64,000 nucleotides of DNA from an uncultured Methanosarcinaceae archaeon (GTDB lineage Archaea > Halobacteriota > Methanosarcinia > Methanosarcinales > Methanosarcinaceae). This document shows, in pieces, positions 1-10,020 of the stretch. The notes beneath the pieces are model-generated. The model made no database searches, was not told the DNA's origin, and was given only the letters and a program-made list of their open reading frames with translations. The stretch spans positions 1-64,000 of the forward strand of contig CAVRJG010000033.1 in assembly GCA_963721455.1 (NCBI GenBank), read 5' to 3'. The translations under genes were made by a program, and so were the position numbers. How positions within the stretch are numbered: position 1 is the stretch's first letter; every line of letters begins with the position of its first letter.

Positions 1-393
1 CGGGGCGGCTTCTGATAGCCAAGGGACCACAGAGCGCGGTAATCGAGGATTGGGTAGGGCCTCTTATCACAGAAATGGAGGATGACGGAGGCGGTGGGCC
101 ACTCGACACCTGCGAGGGAACGAAGGATGTACATCTTGGCCCGGTCGTCGTCGGTGGCTAAGGCTATCGCTGTCGCCTCGCGGACTCGCGAAGCGAGGTT
201 GGTGGCACAGCGGGGCTGTGATCGAGGCGTCTTCCAGCGGCAAAGGCGGAGGAACTCGCTTCGTGTCAGATACCCGCGAGCCTGCACCGTAGAGGCGACT
301 GTCCGGGTGATCGAATCCTCCCCGGGGTAGGAATACCGGGCGGACCAGTGCGTGATCTCAGACGGTGGGAATCTCAGTCTGAACAAGACTCAC
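1..393 (-). CDS. Cassette gene, HhH/DNA-glycosylase-like hypothetical protein (runs off window; frameshift near 5' end)
   Basis: Manual minus-strand translation ...RGYLTRSEFLRLCRWKTPRS...LRSLAGVEWPTASVILHFCDKRPYPILDYRALWSLG; LxGVxxxTAS and PILD resemble the HhH-GPD motif. Not in the ORF track. Confidence 0.6.
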
Positions 394-867
394 CCTCGCT
401 GGCGCCTAACGAACTAGCGGTTAAGCTGCCGGCGCGAAAGTGCACCAGGCGAGCCGTCTGGTCAATGACCTGGTCATGGAGAGTGCCAGGCGCTCATCGC
501 TATGCCCGGTGGGAGCACCGGCCAGCTTCAAGCGCCGGTTAGGCGCCACCACGTTTGGCACGAGGGCCGTGCAGGCGACCTGATTGTCAGTGCTGTCAGC
601 TCGACCTCAACTTCGGCCCCCGGCGCAGCAGAGTTTGGCGCGGCCCGAGTGCGGTGGACCGTGGATCCCGGTGCAGGGAAAGCCGCCTCCCGTGAAGCGA
701 CGATCTTGCTCTTTCACCAACGGGAAGCCCTTCGCTGTTCTGGCGCGGGTGCGCGCCTAACGAATAGGCTTAAGCAGCGGCGCGGCCGCCAACTGCCAGG
801 GCCATGTGATGGACGGCGGGCCGCGCCGTCTGCTTCGAGCCGTAGTTAGCCAGCGAGGGGTCCAAGC

Positions 868-1485
868 TCACTCCTTCCAGAACAGCGTCGCGAAGTCCTG
901 CTTGTGCTCCTTGGACGATCCGAGGGCGTCAATGTCAACCGCGTAGTTCGCTGCTGCCAGCAGGCGCTCGTTGATGAAGCTCTTGCTGCCGTCCTTGGAC
1001 TCGAATGCGAAGTACGCCGCGAGCACGCGAACTCCCTGCTTGTTCAGCGCTCGAACCAACGGAACGAAGTCGCCGTCGCCGGTGACTAGAACAGCCACAT
1101 CGATCATCTGGCCCAAACCGACCTGCAGGGCGTCGACGGCGAGAGCAACGTCTACGCCTTTCTCGCCGTGCTTCTGCGACATTGGCAGATACTTGGGTTC
1201 GACGCCGGCGTGCATCAAGTCGTGGTGCCGGTTGCGATCGCGCTTCAGCTGATCGGCAGTCGCGTCCTTGGACGTGAAGAGACCTTGGTGCCATGCGGCG
1301 TAGACGACCTTGTAGCTAGCAAACCCCTGCTCTCGCAACCCGATGTACTTCTCTAGGAAGCGATGTAATTCGGGGAAGCGAAGCCAGCCCAGCTGCCGCT
1401 CGTGGTAGTAGTAGTTCTGTGCGTACGAGAAGAACGATCCGTCGTAGAAGACGCCCAACCTGCAGATCGCTCTGTGCTCCCTCAT
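868..1485 (-). CDS. NYN domain (LabA/DUF88, PIN-fold) protein, cassette
   Basis: FYDGSF, EKGVDVALAVD, LVTGDGDFVPLV motifs. Confidence 0.9.
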   Translation of the reverse strand: MREHRAICRLGVFYDGSFFSYAQNYYYHERQLGWLRFPELHRFLEKYIGLREQGFASYKVVYAAWHQGLFTSKDATADQLKRDRNRHHDLMHAGVEPKYLPMSQKHGEKGVDVALAVDALQVGLGQMIDVAVLVTGDGDFVPLVRALNKQGVRVLAAYFAFESKDGSKSFINERLLAAANYAVDIDALGSSKEHKQDFATLFWKE

Positions 1486-1733
1486 GCCGGTTCCCCTCCA
1501 GTTCTGGCTAACGCGCTGCGCTCTGAGGCCTCGCCGTTCTCTCGCTGGCTAACGGATCTGCGCTTAAGCTGCCGGCGCGAAAGTGCACCAGGCGAGCCGT
1601 TTGGTCAATGACCTGGTCATGGAGCTTCCCAGCCACTCATATCTACCGCCCGGCGGCGCGCCGGTCGGCTTCAAGCGCGGGTTAGGCGGCAGCACGAGCG
1701 AGAAAGCGACCTCTTCGGCGCCCGGTGCGCCAA

Positions 1734-2541
1734 TCACCAGCAACAATACAAGTAGTCCCGAAGGAATCGGGTCACCACATTGTCGGAGGGCAGGCCAGAG
1801 GTTAGGTACGAGAACAACTGGTCACGATGGTGCTCACGCTCGGGATCGTCGTCCAGTGGGATGCTGAGGAAATACGCGATGTTAGAGAGAAGCCAGGTTG
1901 CCTCATCGCTGAGAAAGACGCGCCCGGTGCTGTCGGTGATGCCGGTGACGCGCGCGAGCCCGTCCATCTTGGCCGCAAGCGCGCATACAACAGCCCGTGT
2001 GGCCTCTTTGACATCCCGAGTTGTAACTAGCGATTCGAGGATTCCGAGCGCGTGGACCTTTGTGAGCGTCGGGGTATCAACTCGGCGTAGCAAGGCAATA
2101 GCCGGCCCGGGAGGGAGAGCTAAGGCGTGGTAGAGCAGGGCTGCTGCTTGTACATGGGTACTTGAGAAGGGCCCTCCGCGCCTCACCGCGCATCACGTCG
2201 ACGAGGGCCACCGCCGCCAACTGGCGGTCCCCTTCTGTGAGTAGATAGGCGCTAACCCCTTCGAGCGGAAACCGCGTCGTGTCAATCTCGTGAATTGGCC
2301 AGAATGCTTGGGTGGAGTCCCAGTCGTGCACAACGTCGGAAAGGTATGGAAGAAAGACAGGAAGCCAGAGGCGCTCGATTGCGAGCTTGGGGTCGGCCAC
2401 CAGCCACGCTGGTGGCGTGGTGGCGTCCGCCCGGAGCAAGGCACGGCAGCTCTTCTGCGCCACGAGGGTCCGTGGAGAGGCCGCTGGGAGCAGGATCACC
2501 GCACCTGCCAAGAAGAGCAGTAGGGATCTAGCCGCGCGCAT
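1734..2541 (-). pseudogene. Cassette gene, secreted hypothetical protein split by frameshift
   Basis: Overlapping ORFs 2077-2541 (signal peptide) and 1734-2186 fill one cassette. Confidence 0.5.
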
Positions 2542-2560
2542 GGATCTGGAGTTGCCGCCT

Positions 2561-2871
2561 TGTATATCGCTTCTTCCCTAAAGTGCAAGCAGATTGCGGT
2601 GGGCGATAGCCCGTGTTGCCTCGGGTCCGCGGAACCGTCCGTTAGCCAGGGCGTCGCCCACCGTCAGGACTCGTCGGAAGCCCGAACAGTTGGTCGGGGC
2701 CGAGAGCCCGCATGTGGCAAGGTCGGGTCGCGACGAGGCCGTTCTCCGAGGAGGGGGCGATGAGTGGCGAGCCGGTGTTCGTGGGGCTGGACGTGGCCAA
2801 AGCGACGCTCGACGTGGCGCGGCGGCCGACGGGTGAGGCCTGGCAGGTCGCCAACGACGAGTCAGGGATCT
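2561..2871 (+). mobile_element. Truncated IS110-family element inserted at the CT of an attC core
   Basis: Removing 2561-2871 restores GTTGCCGCCT|AACGGATTGCG, the expected cassette-end/attC junction; CT on both flanks; 5' non-coding region followed by a transposase N-terminus. Confidence 0.85.
2597..2740 (+). ncRNA. Putative IS110 bridge RNA (target-binding and donor-binding loops)
   Basis: Two consecutive stems with large internal loops: 2597-2606/2654-2663 and 2670-2676/2731-2737; loop segments match the insertion site and the element end. Confidence 0.75.
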
Positions 2872-2873
2872 AA
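2760..2873 (+). pseudogene. IS110 (DEDD) transposase, first 37 aa only
   Basis: GAGGAGG RBS then MSGEPVFVGLDVAKATLDVARRPTGEAWQVANDESGI*; GxDVxK motif; stop codon supplied by the attC TAA. Confidence 0.85.
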
Positions 2874-3047
2874 CGGATTGCGCTTAAGCTGCCGGCGCGA
2901 AAGTGCACCAGGCGAACCGTATGGTCAATGACCTGGTCATGGAGCCTCCAAGGCGCTCATCTCTACGCCCGGCGGGAGCGCCGGCCAGCTTCAAGCGCGG
3001 GTTAGGCGGCGCCTTCTTCACCACCTCGAACATGTTACTGTTCCTGT

Positions 3048-3158
3048 GTGTGCGGGCAGTCCGGTTTGCAGCCCGTAGGCCGCTGCGTGTGGGTTCGATT
3101 CCCATGGAGTTCCGTGGGCCGCGGCACGGGCCCCGGGTTCAAATCCCGGCCGCACACC
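3048..3158 (+). ncRNA. tRNA-like RNA with a nested second T-arm, inside a cassette
   Basis: 8-bp GTGTGCGG/CCGCACAC stem, D-like arm GCAG-TCCGGT-TTGC, stem GCCCGT/ACGGGC, T-arm CCGGG-TTCAAAT-CCCGG, inner TGGG-TTCGATT-CCCA; upstream TGtTACTGT. Confidence 0.65.
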
Positions 3159-3167
3159 TTCGTTCCG

Positions 3168-3461
3168 TCACGAGGGGTCAATGGGACCGCCGTACGAGGG
3201 AAACACCCTCACCATGCCGGGCAAGCGTTCCAGCCACTTGGCAGCCGCATCGACGATCGCCTTCTCCGCGTCCCAGTCGAACCGTACCACTCCAGGGACC
3301 TCGCCATCAGCGGGGGGGAACAGCATCAGGTCGTGGTAGGCGATGCCCAGCGACTGGAACTCTCGAGAGAACTCGCGCGGGTCGTGCCCAGCTGCCTTGA
3401 GGCGGAAGCCCACCTGAGGCCGAATCTCGTGTTCGTCGCGCGGGTCGGAGTCGCGATCCAC
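3168..3461 (-). CDS. Cassette hypothetical protein (97 aa)
   Basis: ORF starts right at the cassette 5' end; convergent with the tRNA-like element. Confidence 0.6.
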   Translation of the reverse strand: MDRDSDPRDEHEIRPQVGFRLKAAGHDPREFSREFQSLGIAYHDLMLFPPADGEVPGVVRFDWDAEKAIVDAAAKWLERLPGMVRVFPSYGGPIDPS

Positions 3462-3654
3462 TGGCGCCGCCTAACGACTCTGCGCTTAAGCTGCCGGCGC
3501 GAAAGTGCACCTGGCGAACCGTCTGGTCAATGACCTGGTCTTGGAGAGCACCAGGCGCTCATCTCTATGCCCGGCGGGAGCGCCGGCCAGCTTCAAGCGC
3601 CGGTTAGACAGCGCGGGAGCCATGCTGATCAGACTGATAACTGTCTGCTGGCGG

Positions 3655-4080
3655 CTATTTGCCGATACCGAACGCCGCGCGGCCATGCCGGGTTAGTAGC
3701 AGAGCCAAGAGCAAGAGCAGGAAAGTCTGGACCACAACCGCGCCGCGGATCGCCGACCGGTCGCCGCTGAGAATCCACCGGTGACGGATGATCGCCTCAA
3801 GGGGATTCAGGACGGTGACGGCAAGGGCCGCATACCAGCCCAACGGGTGTTGGAGCCAGGCTCCAGCGGCCATGTGAACACCTAATCCAGCTTGGAAGAT
3901 CGCGTTGATACGGTGAATCCGGCTTAGGCGGCGGAGTCCGGTGTCCAGTTCCTTCGGCAGCAGAATGAGCATGATGATGAAGCTGCCGCTGACGGCGATG
4001 CCGACGACAAAGACCGTCCAGCGCGTGACTGCTTGTGTGACTTGAGGAGTTAGCACACCGAGTATCGATAGGGGGTTCAT
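3655..4080 (-). CDS. Cassette membrane protein
   Basis: Hydrophobic ORF from MNPLSILG fills the cassette. Confidence 0.7.
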   Translation of the reverse strand: MNPLSILGVLTPQVTQAVTRWTVFVVGIAVSGSFIIMLILLPKELDTGLRRLSRIHRINAIFQAGLGVHMAAGAWLQHPLGWYAALAVTVLNPLEAIIRHRWILSGDRSAIRGAVVVQTFLLLLLALLLTRHGRAAFGIGK

Positions 4081-4261
4081 TCTCTGCGAACGTGCGCGCT
4101 GTCTAACGGACTTGCGGTTCTGCTGCGGGCGCACTCCTCACCAGCAGCAAGGAACTCTGATTCATGCCTAATCTTGCCAGGCGCTCGTATCTACCGCCAG
4201 CCACCGCGCCCGCCAGCAGCAAGCGCCGGTTAGACAGAGCGCGACCGCGCGGCATCCCGCC

Positions 4262-4519
4262 CTAGTACCCTCGCCACTCGCGCCACGCCTGTTCCTTGCG
4301 CACATCCTCGCCGGCTCCGGCTTCGCTCTGCCAGCGGCGTTCCCACGCGGCGCGTTTGCGCCAGACGATCAGCAGCCCGACGGGCCCGAGGACCAGGCCC
4401 CAGAGGAAACCTCGGCCGGCATGATTGTCGTGGCTCAGGAGGCCGGCGCTCACGAGAGCGCTGATGCCCCAGGCGGGAACGAGGCCGTACAGCATTGCGG
4501 CTGGAAGAGAGGATGGCAC
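4262..4519 (-). CDS. Cassette small membrane protein
   Basis: GFLWGLVLGPVGLLIV motif; fills the cassette. Confidence 0.7.
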   Translation of the reverse strand: MPSSLPAAMLYGLVPAWGISALVSAGLLSHDNHAGRGFLWGLVLGPVGLLIVWRKRAAWERRWQSEAGAGEDVRKEQAWREWRGY

Positions 4520-4678
4520 GGATTCATGCCTTACATGGACCGCTCTGTCTAACGACTCTGCGCTTAAGCTGCCGGCCCCAACTTGCCAGCAGCAACGTCA
4601 GGTGAACGTACCTTCGTACTCGCCACGCGGCCAACCTCATTCCTTCGCACGTACGGGCCGGGCGGCTTCAAGCGCCGG

Positions 4679-5017
4679 TTAGGTGGCGGCTTTGGATGGC
4701 AAGCCTAGCAGGCGCAGCGCGTGATCACGCACCTCGGCGCACTTCGTGATGTGCCAGAGCGCGATCGCCACCGCCCGGCGGTGGCGGGCCAACCGATCCG
4801 TGATGCCCTGATGCGCTTCCAGCGTCTTGAGATACTCCGCGATATGCACCTCGGTCGCATCAGCCTCAGCCATGCCCCGGATGGTGGCCACGTACTGCAT
4901 GAGGAGTGGATCCGGCGCCTTGGCGTCGAGCTCGAGATACGACCCCAACACGCGGGAGAGCGTCCGTTCAGGCGGTTCACCGCGATAAACCCAGTTGCTG
5001 GCGTTTGGCGTGATCAT
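4679..5017 (-). CDS. Cassette hypothetical protein
   Basis: ORF stops in the attC core; start estimated at MITPNAS. Confidence 0.6.
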   Translation of the reverse strand: MITPNASNWVYRGEPPERTLSRVLGSYLELDAKAPDPLLMQYVATIRGMAEADATEVHIAEYLKTLEAHQGITDRLARHRRAVAIALWHITKCAEVRDHALRLLGLPSKAAT

Positions 5018-5247
5018 CGGCTGCCAGTATCCATCACTTGTCCGGGGACCGGACTCTGCCCCGCTCTGATCTATCCCGCTCCCGCCGCCACCTAACGGAC
5101 TCTGCGCTTCAGCTGCCGGCGCACACCTCACCAGCAGCAAGGAATTCTGATTCCTGCTCAATCTCGCCACGCGCTCGTATCTACCGCCAGCCATCGCGCC
5201 CGTCAGCAGCAAGCGCGGGTTAGGTGCCACACACCTCGACGACCTGG

Positions 5248-5751
5248 CTAAGGCACGTTGCCGCGCAATGCTCCGGCGGTGGCTCGGGTGTTGGCTTCGA
5301 TGTCTGTCAACACCGCGATGGATTCAGCTGCGGCCCAGGTGAGAAGTGTCCAGAAGGTTGCAGCGGTCACGCAAACAGCACCTTGCGCCGGCTGTTTGGC
5401 CCTATAGAGGATTGCGGCGAGCACAAAGCCAGCAATCAGTATCATGACTGCAGTGACCTTCACCAGGACTACTATGCTGGCGAGCGCCGGATACCGGCGA
5501 TTGCTCTTGCCGAGAACGATGTCGCTCGATGCTGGCTCGTAACCATCGCCGGGCTTCTTCACCGTAGCGCTGGGGGCAACACTCGACCGCCGATCACGGT
5601 TCGCGCGTTCATTGAGCAAGATCTGCCAGAGCGCGGGGTCGAGTCCTTGAGGTCCTTCAGCGATGAGTGCGGCGAGACGAGAGTCTGGCATGTAGCGCGC
5701 CTCCCACTCAGCGCGCCAACGTGCGTCAGATGTTATTGGGCGGGGCTCCAT
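5248..5751 (-). CDS. Cassette membrane protein
   Basis: GGAGGAG RBS; C-terminal TM helices followed by DIEANTR. Confidence 0.75.
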   Translation of the reverse strand: MEPRPITSDARWRAEWEARYMPDSRLAALIAEGPQGLDPALWQILLNERANRDRRSSVAPSATVKKPGDGYEPASSDIVLGKSNRRYPALASIVVLVKVTAVMILIAGFVLAAILYRAKQPAQGAVCVTAATFWTLLTWAAAESIAVLTDIEANTRATAGALRGNVP

Positions 5752-5973
5752 TGCTCCTCCGACGTAAGCGACGTTCGGCGGGCCGCGACGTGTGGCACCT
5801 AACGGATTGCGCTTAAGCTGCCGGCGCGAAAGTGCACCAGGCGCACCGTCTGGTCAATGATCTGGTCATGGAGACGACCAGCCACTCATATCTACCGCCC
5901 GGCGGCGCGCCGGTCAGCTTCAAGCGCCGGTTAGGCGTCACCTTGATTGTGCGAACCGCTATCGGCTGGCCGC

Positions 5974-6597
5974 CTACCCAAGCCCGATCAGCTCGGCGAC
6001 GAGGTTGTTCAGTAGATGGAGCGCGACCGGGAGGGCGATTCCACCAGAAAGGGCGCGCAACGTGCCGAGAACAACGCCAAGCCAGAGCATCGGCGGAATC
6101 GCACCTGGTCCAAGCACTAGCCAGTGTACAAGGGCAAACGCTGCTGAGGTTAGCGCGATCGCGGCGACAGAATGCCGATCGCGGCCAACCAGGTCGAACA
6201 GGAGGCCGCGAAAGGCGACTTCCTCGATGACGGGCGTGAATACCGCTACAGCAAGGAGCACACGGAGGTCGAAGCTCGGAAGCACGTGATCGGTGAGGGC
6301 GTGCACCTCGCCGTCGGGCCAAGCCCACATGGCAACGACCGCGATGAGCCAGCGTCCCGCGACCACGGCTCCGTAGCCAAGGGCGAGGAGCGTGATCCAC
6401 CGTCGCCAGGTCAGAGCCCAACCGAAAGCGGCGGAGCCAGTTGCGAGGCCGGCTGCTATCGCGACCAGAGCCAACACGGCGGAGAGAATGAGCGCTAGCC
6501 ATCCGGATGGTCGGGCCGCAATCAGCGAACCGTAGGCCGCGCCGATGAGGGCGAGGGCCGCAAGCTGGCACTTCACTCTCCCCGTAGCTGGGGTCAC
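5974..6597 (-). CDS. CPBP/CAAX (Abi) intramembrane metalloprotease, cassette
   Basis: PVIEEVAFRG, FALVH, HLLNN motifs. Confidence 0.9.
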   Translation of the reverse strand: MTPATGRVKCQLAALALIGAAYGSLIAARPSGWLALILSAVLALVAIAAGLATGSAAFGWALTWRRWITLLALGYGAVVAGRWLIAVVAMWAWPDGEVHALTDHVLPSFDLRVLLAVAVFTPVIEEVAFRGLLFDLVGRDRHSVAAIALTSAAFALVHWLVLGPGAIPPMLWLGVVLGTLRALSGGIALPVALHLLNNLVAELIGLG

Positions 6598-6828
6598 GTG
6601 CAGTGGATCATGGATGGCATGGGCTTGTCGGGGCCGACTACTCTCGTGACGCCTAACGGACTCTGCGCTTAAGCTGCCGGCCCTAACTCGCCAGCAGCAA
6701 CGCAGAGTGAACGTACCCAGGAATTCACCACGCGGCGCAAAGACCTCTTCCTTAGTGAACGTACAGGGCCGGCCAGCTTCAAGCGCCGGTTAGGCGCACG
6801 ATGGCGAGCCAGTGAGCTACCGGCTCGC

Positions 6829-7250
6829 TCAAAGCGTTAGGGTCACGGCAACCGATCCGGGAACGGCGCACCCGTCTAGCAACGCGGGTGCGAACGTCCA
6901 CAGCCGCAGGGTCTCGATGAACTGCTCGAGGTAGCGGTGAGCGGATGGGACCCCGTGATCACCGTCGCTGCGAGGTCTGGCTGCCCCTTCTCGTTGACTC
7001 GGAAGCGCACCACCAGGGTCGCGGCCGTCGAGATACTGAGGAGCGCATCCGGGGGCAAGCGTGTGTACTTTGGAGCCGGCGGGAACGACCCTCATCGAGT
7101 CGGCGGTCATTACCGCGCGCCAGATGCACGGAGTCGCATTCGGGCCCGGAGCGAGTGGGTCCGTCCGGCGCGCGAGTGGTCACGGGCGCTCGGCCGGTGA
7201 CGCGCGCGGCACACGCAGCGCGAAAGTGACGCAGCAAATGCGAGCCATGT
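6829..7250 (-). pseudogene. Frameshifted cassette gene, TonB-C-terminal-like
   Basis: Fragments VVRFRVNEKGQPD and LRLWTFAPALLDGCAV in different frames. Confidence 0.45.
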
Positions 7251-7419
7251 CTGGTCAATGACCTGTCGTGCGCCTAACGGACTTGCGCTTAAGCTGCCGG
7301 TCCTAGCTCGCCAGCAGCAACGCAGCAATGAACGTACCCAGGAATTCACCACGCGGCCAAACACTCCTTCCTTCGTGAACGTAAAGGGCCGGGCAGCTTC
7401 AAGCGCGGGTTAGGCCGCA

Positions 7420-8175
7420 TCAGTGCCGCCGCTCCCGTTGCGCTATCGTCAGCGCCACCTCAACGGACTCAAGCATCCTGGGGTGGTCGAAGAAGGGTAT
7501 GGTGAGCGCGACGCTGCCATCTGCCGAAAGAGCGATGATGGCTGGCACCACAGTCCGGGACTCCTGGTCGGGATGCTGCGCGCTAACCCAAGGATCGATG
7601 AACACATCCCTCCAGCCATCGGCGAGAGCTATCCGCACGCCCGCCGAGACTGCGGTGAGATTCCGCGACGCCTCACTGGCGACCGTATCGAGGGAGACAA
7701 GATAGAGCACGGCGGTGCGGGCACGTGCAAGGGCCTGGATGGTGTCGATCGCGGCGAGCAACGCCGGGCATGATGGACAGTCATCGGACCATAGCGCGAG
7801 GAGCGTCGGGTGCCCGAGCAGGGAAGCGCGGGTAGGGGCGTGCCGTCCAGCAGGCGAAACGGAAGGGCGCGATTGGAAGGCCCACCTGGGGCAGGCTGCG
7901 GAGGCGCGAGGCGCAGTCGCGCCCGCGAACTCCGCGCCCGGTGCGAGCGTGAGGGGTTCCTGGCCGGTGAAGGGCTCGGGCATCGGAGTCTCATGGGAAT
8001 CGCGGAACAAACGGAGCCTGAGGCGGACCGTAATCACCCGGGCTGTTGTGAGGTTCTTGACACTCGGCTGAATGATGCGGCTAGCTGTGCGGCGCAGGTC
8101 AATCGAAATGCGGGATTCTTCCGCTCGGTGGATAGCTCGGTATGTGAAATACGTGTACCAAACAACCGCGATCAA
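7420..8175 (-). pseudogene. Fused/frameshifted cassette remnants; C-terminal TlpA/thioredoxin-like domain
   Basis: LWSDDCPSC CxxC motif; unrelated N-terminal half; adjacent attC is only a half site. Confidence 0.5.
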
Positions 8176-8252
8176 CGTGGCGGTGAGTACGGCAAGGGTC
8201 GGGTCGTACCTTCCACCGGGGTTGTGCCCGTCAGCAGCAAGCGCCGTTAGAC

Positions 8253-8552
8253 GACGCCATGGCGTGAGGGGCCGCGCCGCTGCCGCGGCACAGTGCCCGG
8301 GGCCACCGGCTGGAAACTCACCGTCGACTCCTGGTGCGCCGACGGCGCGGTCCCGAACGCGGTGGGAACGGGCGCGCCGGACCGCGGGGCCGCGCGGCGC
8401 AGCGGAGCAATTCCTCGGGCAACGAGGAGGAGCTGGTTGCGTTGTGCGGTGCGCGGAGCGGCGAGCGCGGCCCGAGAGTGAGGAGCGTGACGGGCCACCA
8501 CCCGGATCCTGCTTTGCTCACCACCCTGGTTCATGCCGTTGTACCTGGCGAC
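8253..8552. other. ORF-less cassette, copy 1 (paralogue of 13460-13766)
   Basis: High similarity to 13460-13766 with frame-breaking indels. Confidence 0.7.
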
Positions 8553-8724
8553 GTCTAACGACTCTGCGCTTAAGCTGCCGGCCCTAGCTCGCCAGCAGCA
8601 ACGCTAAGTGAACGTACCCAGGAACTCACCACGCGGGCAAAGACCCCTTCCTTCGTGAACGTACAGGGCCGGCCAGCTTCAAGCGCCGGTTAGGCAGATG
8701 CCTTGGTCGCCAGGCTCGGCTCAT

Positions 8725-9051
8725 TCACTCAAAGAAACCCTTCATCGCTTCACAGATAGCCCACAGGAGAGCTGACAAGAGTGCTGCCCCGAAGCCAACA
8801 ACGACAAACGTGCGAGAGTTGGAGACACCGAAGGCGACCATCGCGACCAGGAAGCCGGCGGCTGTCGTGACAAGGGATACTGCTTGCACGTCTTCCAACA
8901 CCTCTACGGCACGACCGTCAGCCTCCGCGACGGCCTGGGCGTGGTGCTCCGAGGGGGGGTGTGGCAGGCCGCGAGAGCGCGTAGCCCTCCGCCAAATGAA
9001 CCCTGCGACCGAAGCCGCCCCGAGGACCACCAACAGAAGGCGGAGGGGCAT
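8725..9051 (-). CDS. Cassette membrane protein
   Basis: Three hydrophobic segments. Confidence 0.65.
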   Translation of the reverse strand: MPLRLLLVVLGAASVAGFIWRRATRSRGLPHPPSEHHAQAVAEADGRAVEVLEDVQAVSLVTTAAGFLVAMVAFGVSNSRTFVVVGFGAALLSALLWAICEAMKGFFE

Positions 9052-9297
9052 TAGGGGACACCTGCCTTGCCCCCGTTTGTGGTCACGCTTGTGGGAACAG
9101 GCCTCAGTAGGGCGCGAATGATGGTGAGCGAGAGGATCGATGCCGTCATCAAGCGACCTCGCGACGCATCTGCCTAACGGATCTGCGCTTAAGCTGCCGG
9201 CCCTAGCTCGCCAGCAGCAACGCAGAGTGAACGTACCCAGGAATTCACCACGCGGCCAAAGACCTCTTCCTTAGTGAACGTACAGGGCCGGCCAGCT

Positions 9298-9845
9298 TCA
9301 AGCGCCGGTTAGGCGGATGCCGCTACATGCTACGACGTGAACGCTGTCAGACATCCGGTGCCATCCGGCCTCATCCCGCTTGAACCGGTAGAACCCGTGA
9401 CCTTGGCAGGGCTGGGGCTCCTTCAAGAAGCTGCTACGAACCGGGTATACCGCTACGCGCAGCCTGACCCCGTCGCCCTGGCGTGTGAGCTCGCCGGCTT
9501 GAATGACCACATCGTAAGCAGGGCTGCCGTCGCGCCACCGCTGGAAGAAGCCATCAGGAGTGCGGCAACTCGAGCCAGAGACGACAATCAGTCCTCGGCC
9601 ACGGGCCTCTTGAATCAAGAGACTATCAGGCGATCGGTAGTCGTCGTGCTGCCAGGCCGCGGTGCCGTGGTTGATGGCAGACACATGACGCCGTAGCGGA
9701 CGGAATCGATCTCAGCAGCGGCTTCGAGCGCGGCGAGCCAAAGGGCGGTGCGCGTCCGTCCCGCCGGCACGAGGCTGAGTCCGTGCCCCGCGCAGGCGAC
9801 CGCTGCGAGGAGGAGAGCGAGGGTCCTCACGTTGCTTTGCCGCAT
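9298..9845 (-). pseudogene. Frameshifted cassette lipoprotein-like gene
   Basis: Signal peptide with AVAC in 9615-9845, continuing in frame 9298-9684. Confidence 0.55.
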
Positions 9846-10020
9846 CCGCCTAACGGATTGCGCTTAAGCTGCCGGCCCTAACTCACCAGCAGCAACGTCA
9901 GAATGAACGTACCCAGGAACTCACCACGCGGCCAAAGACCTGTTCCTTCGTGAACGTACAGGGCCGGCCAGCTTCAAGCGCGGGTTAGGTGCCACAGCTC
10001 GGTCGCGCGAGCGGGCACGG

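Noticed and set aside
3048-3158. Canonical tRNA-Sec
   Set aside because: It has an 8/5 fold but no TCA anticodon loop and no long variable arm; kept as a tRNA-like ncRNA.
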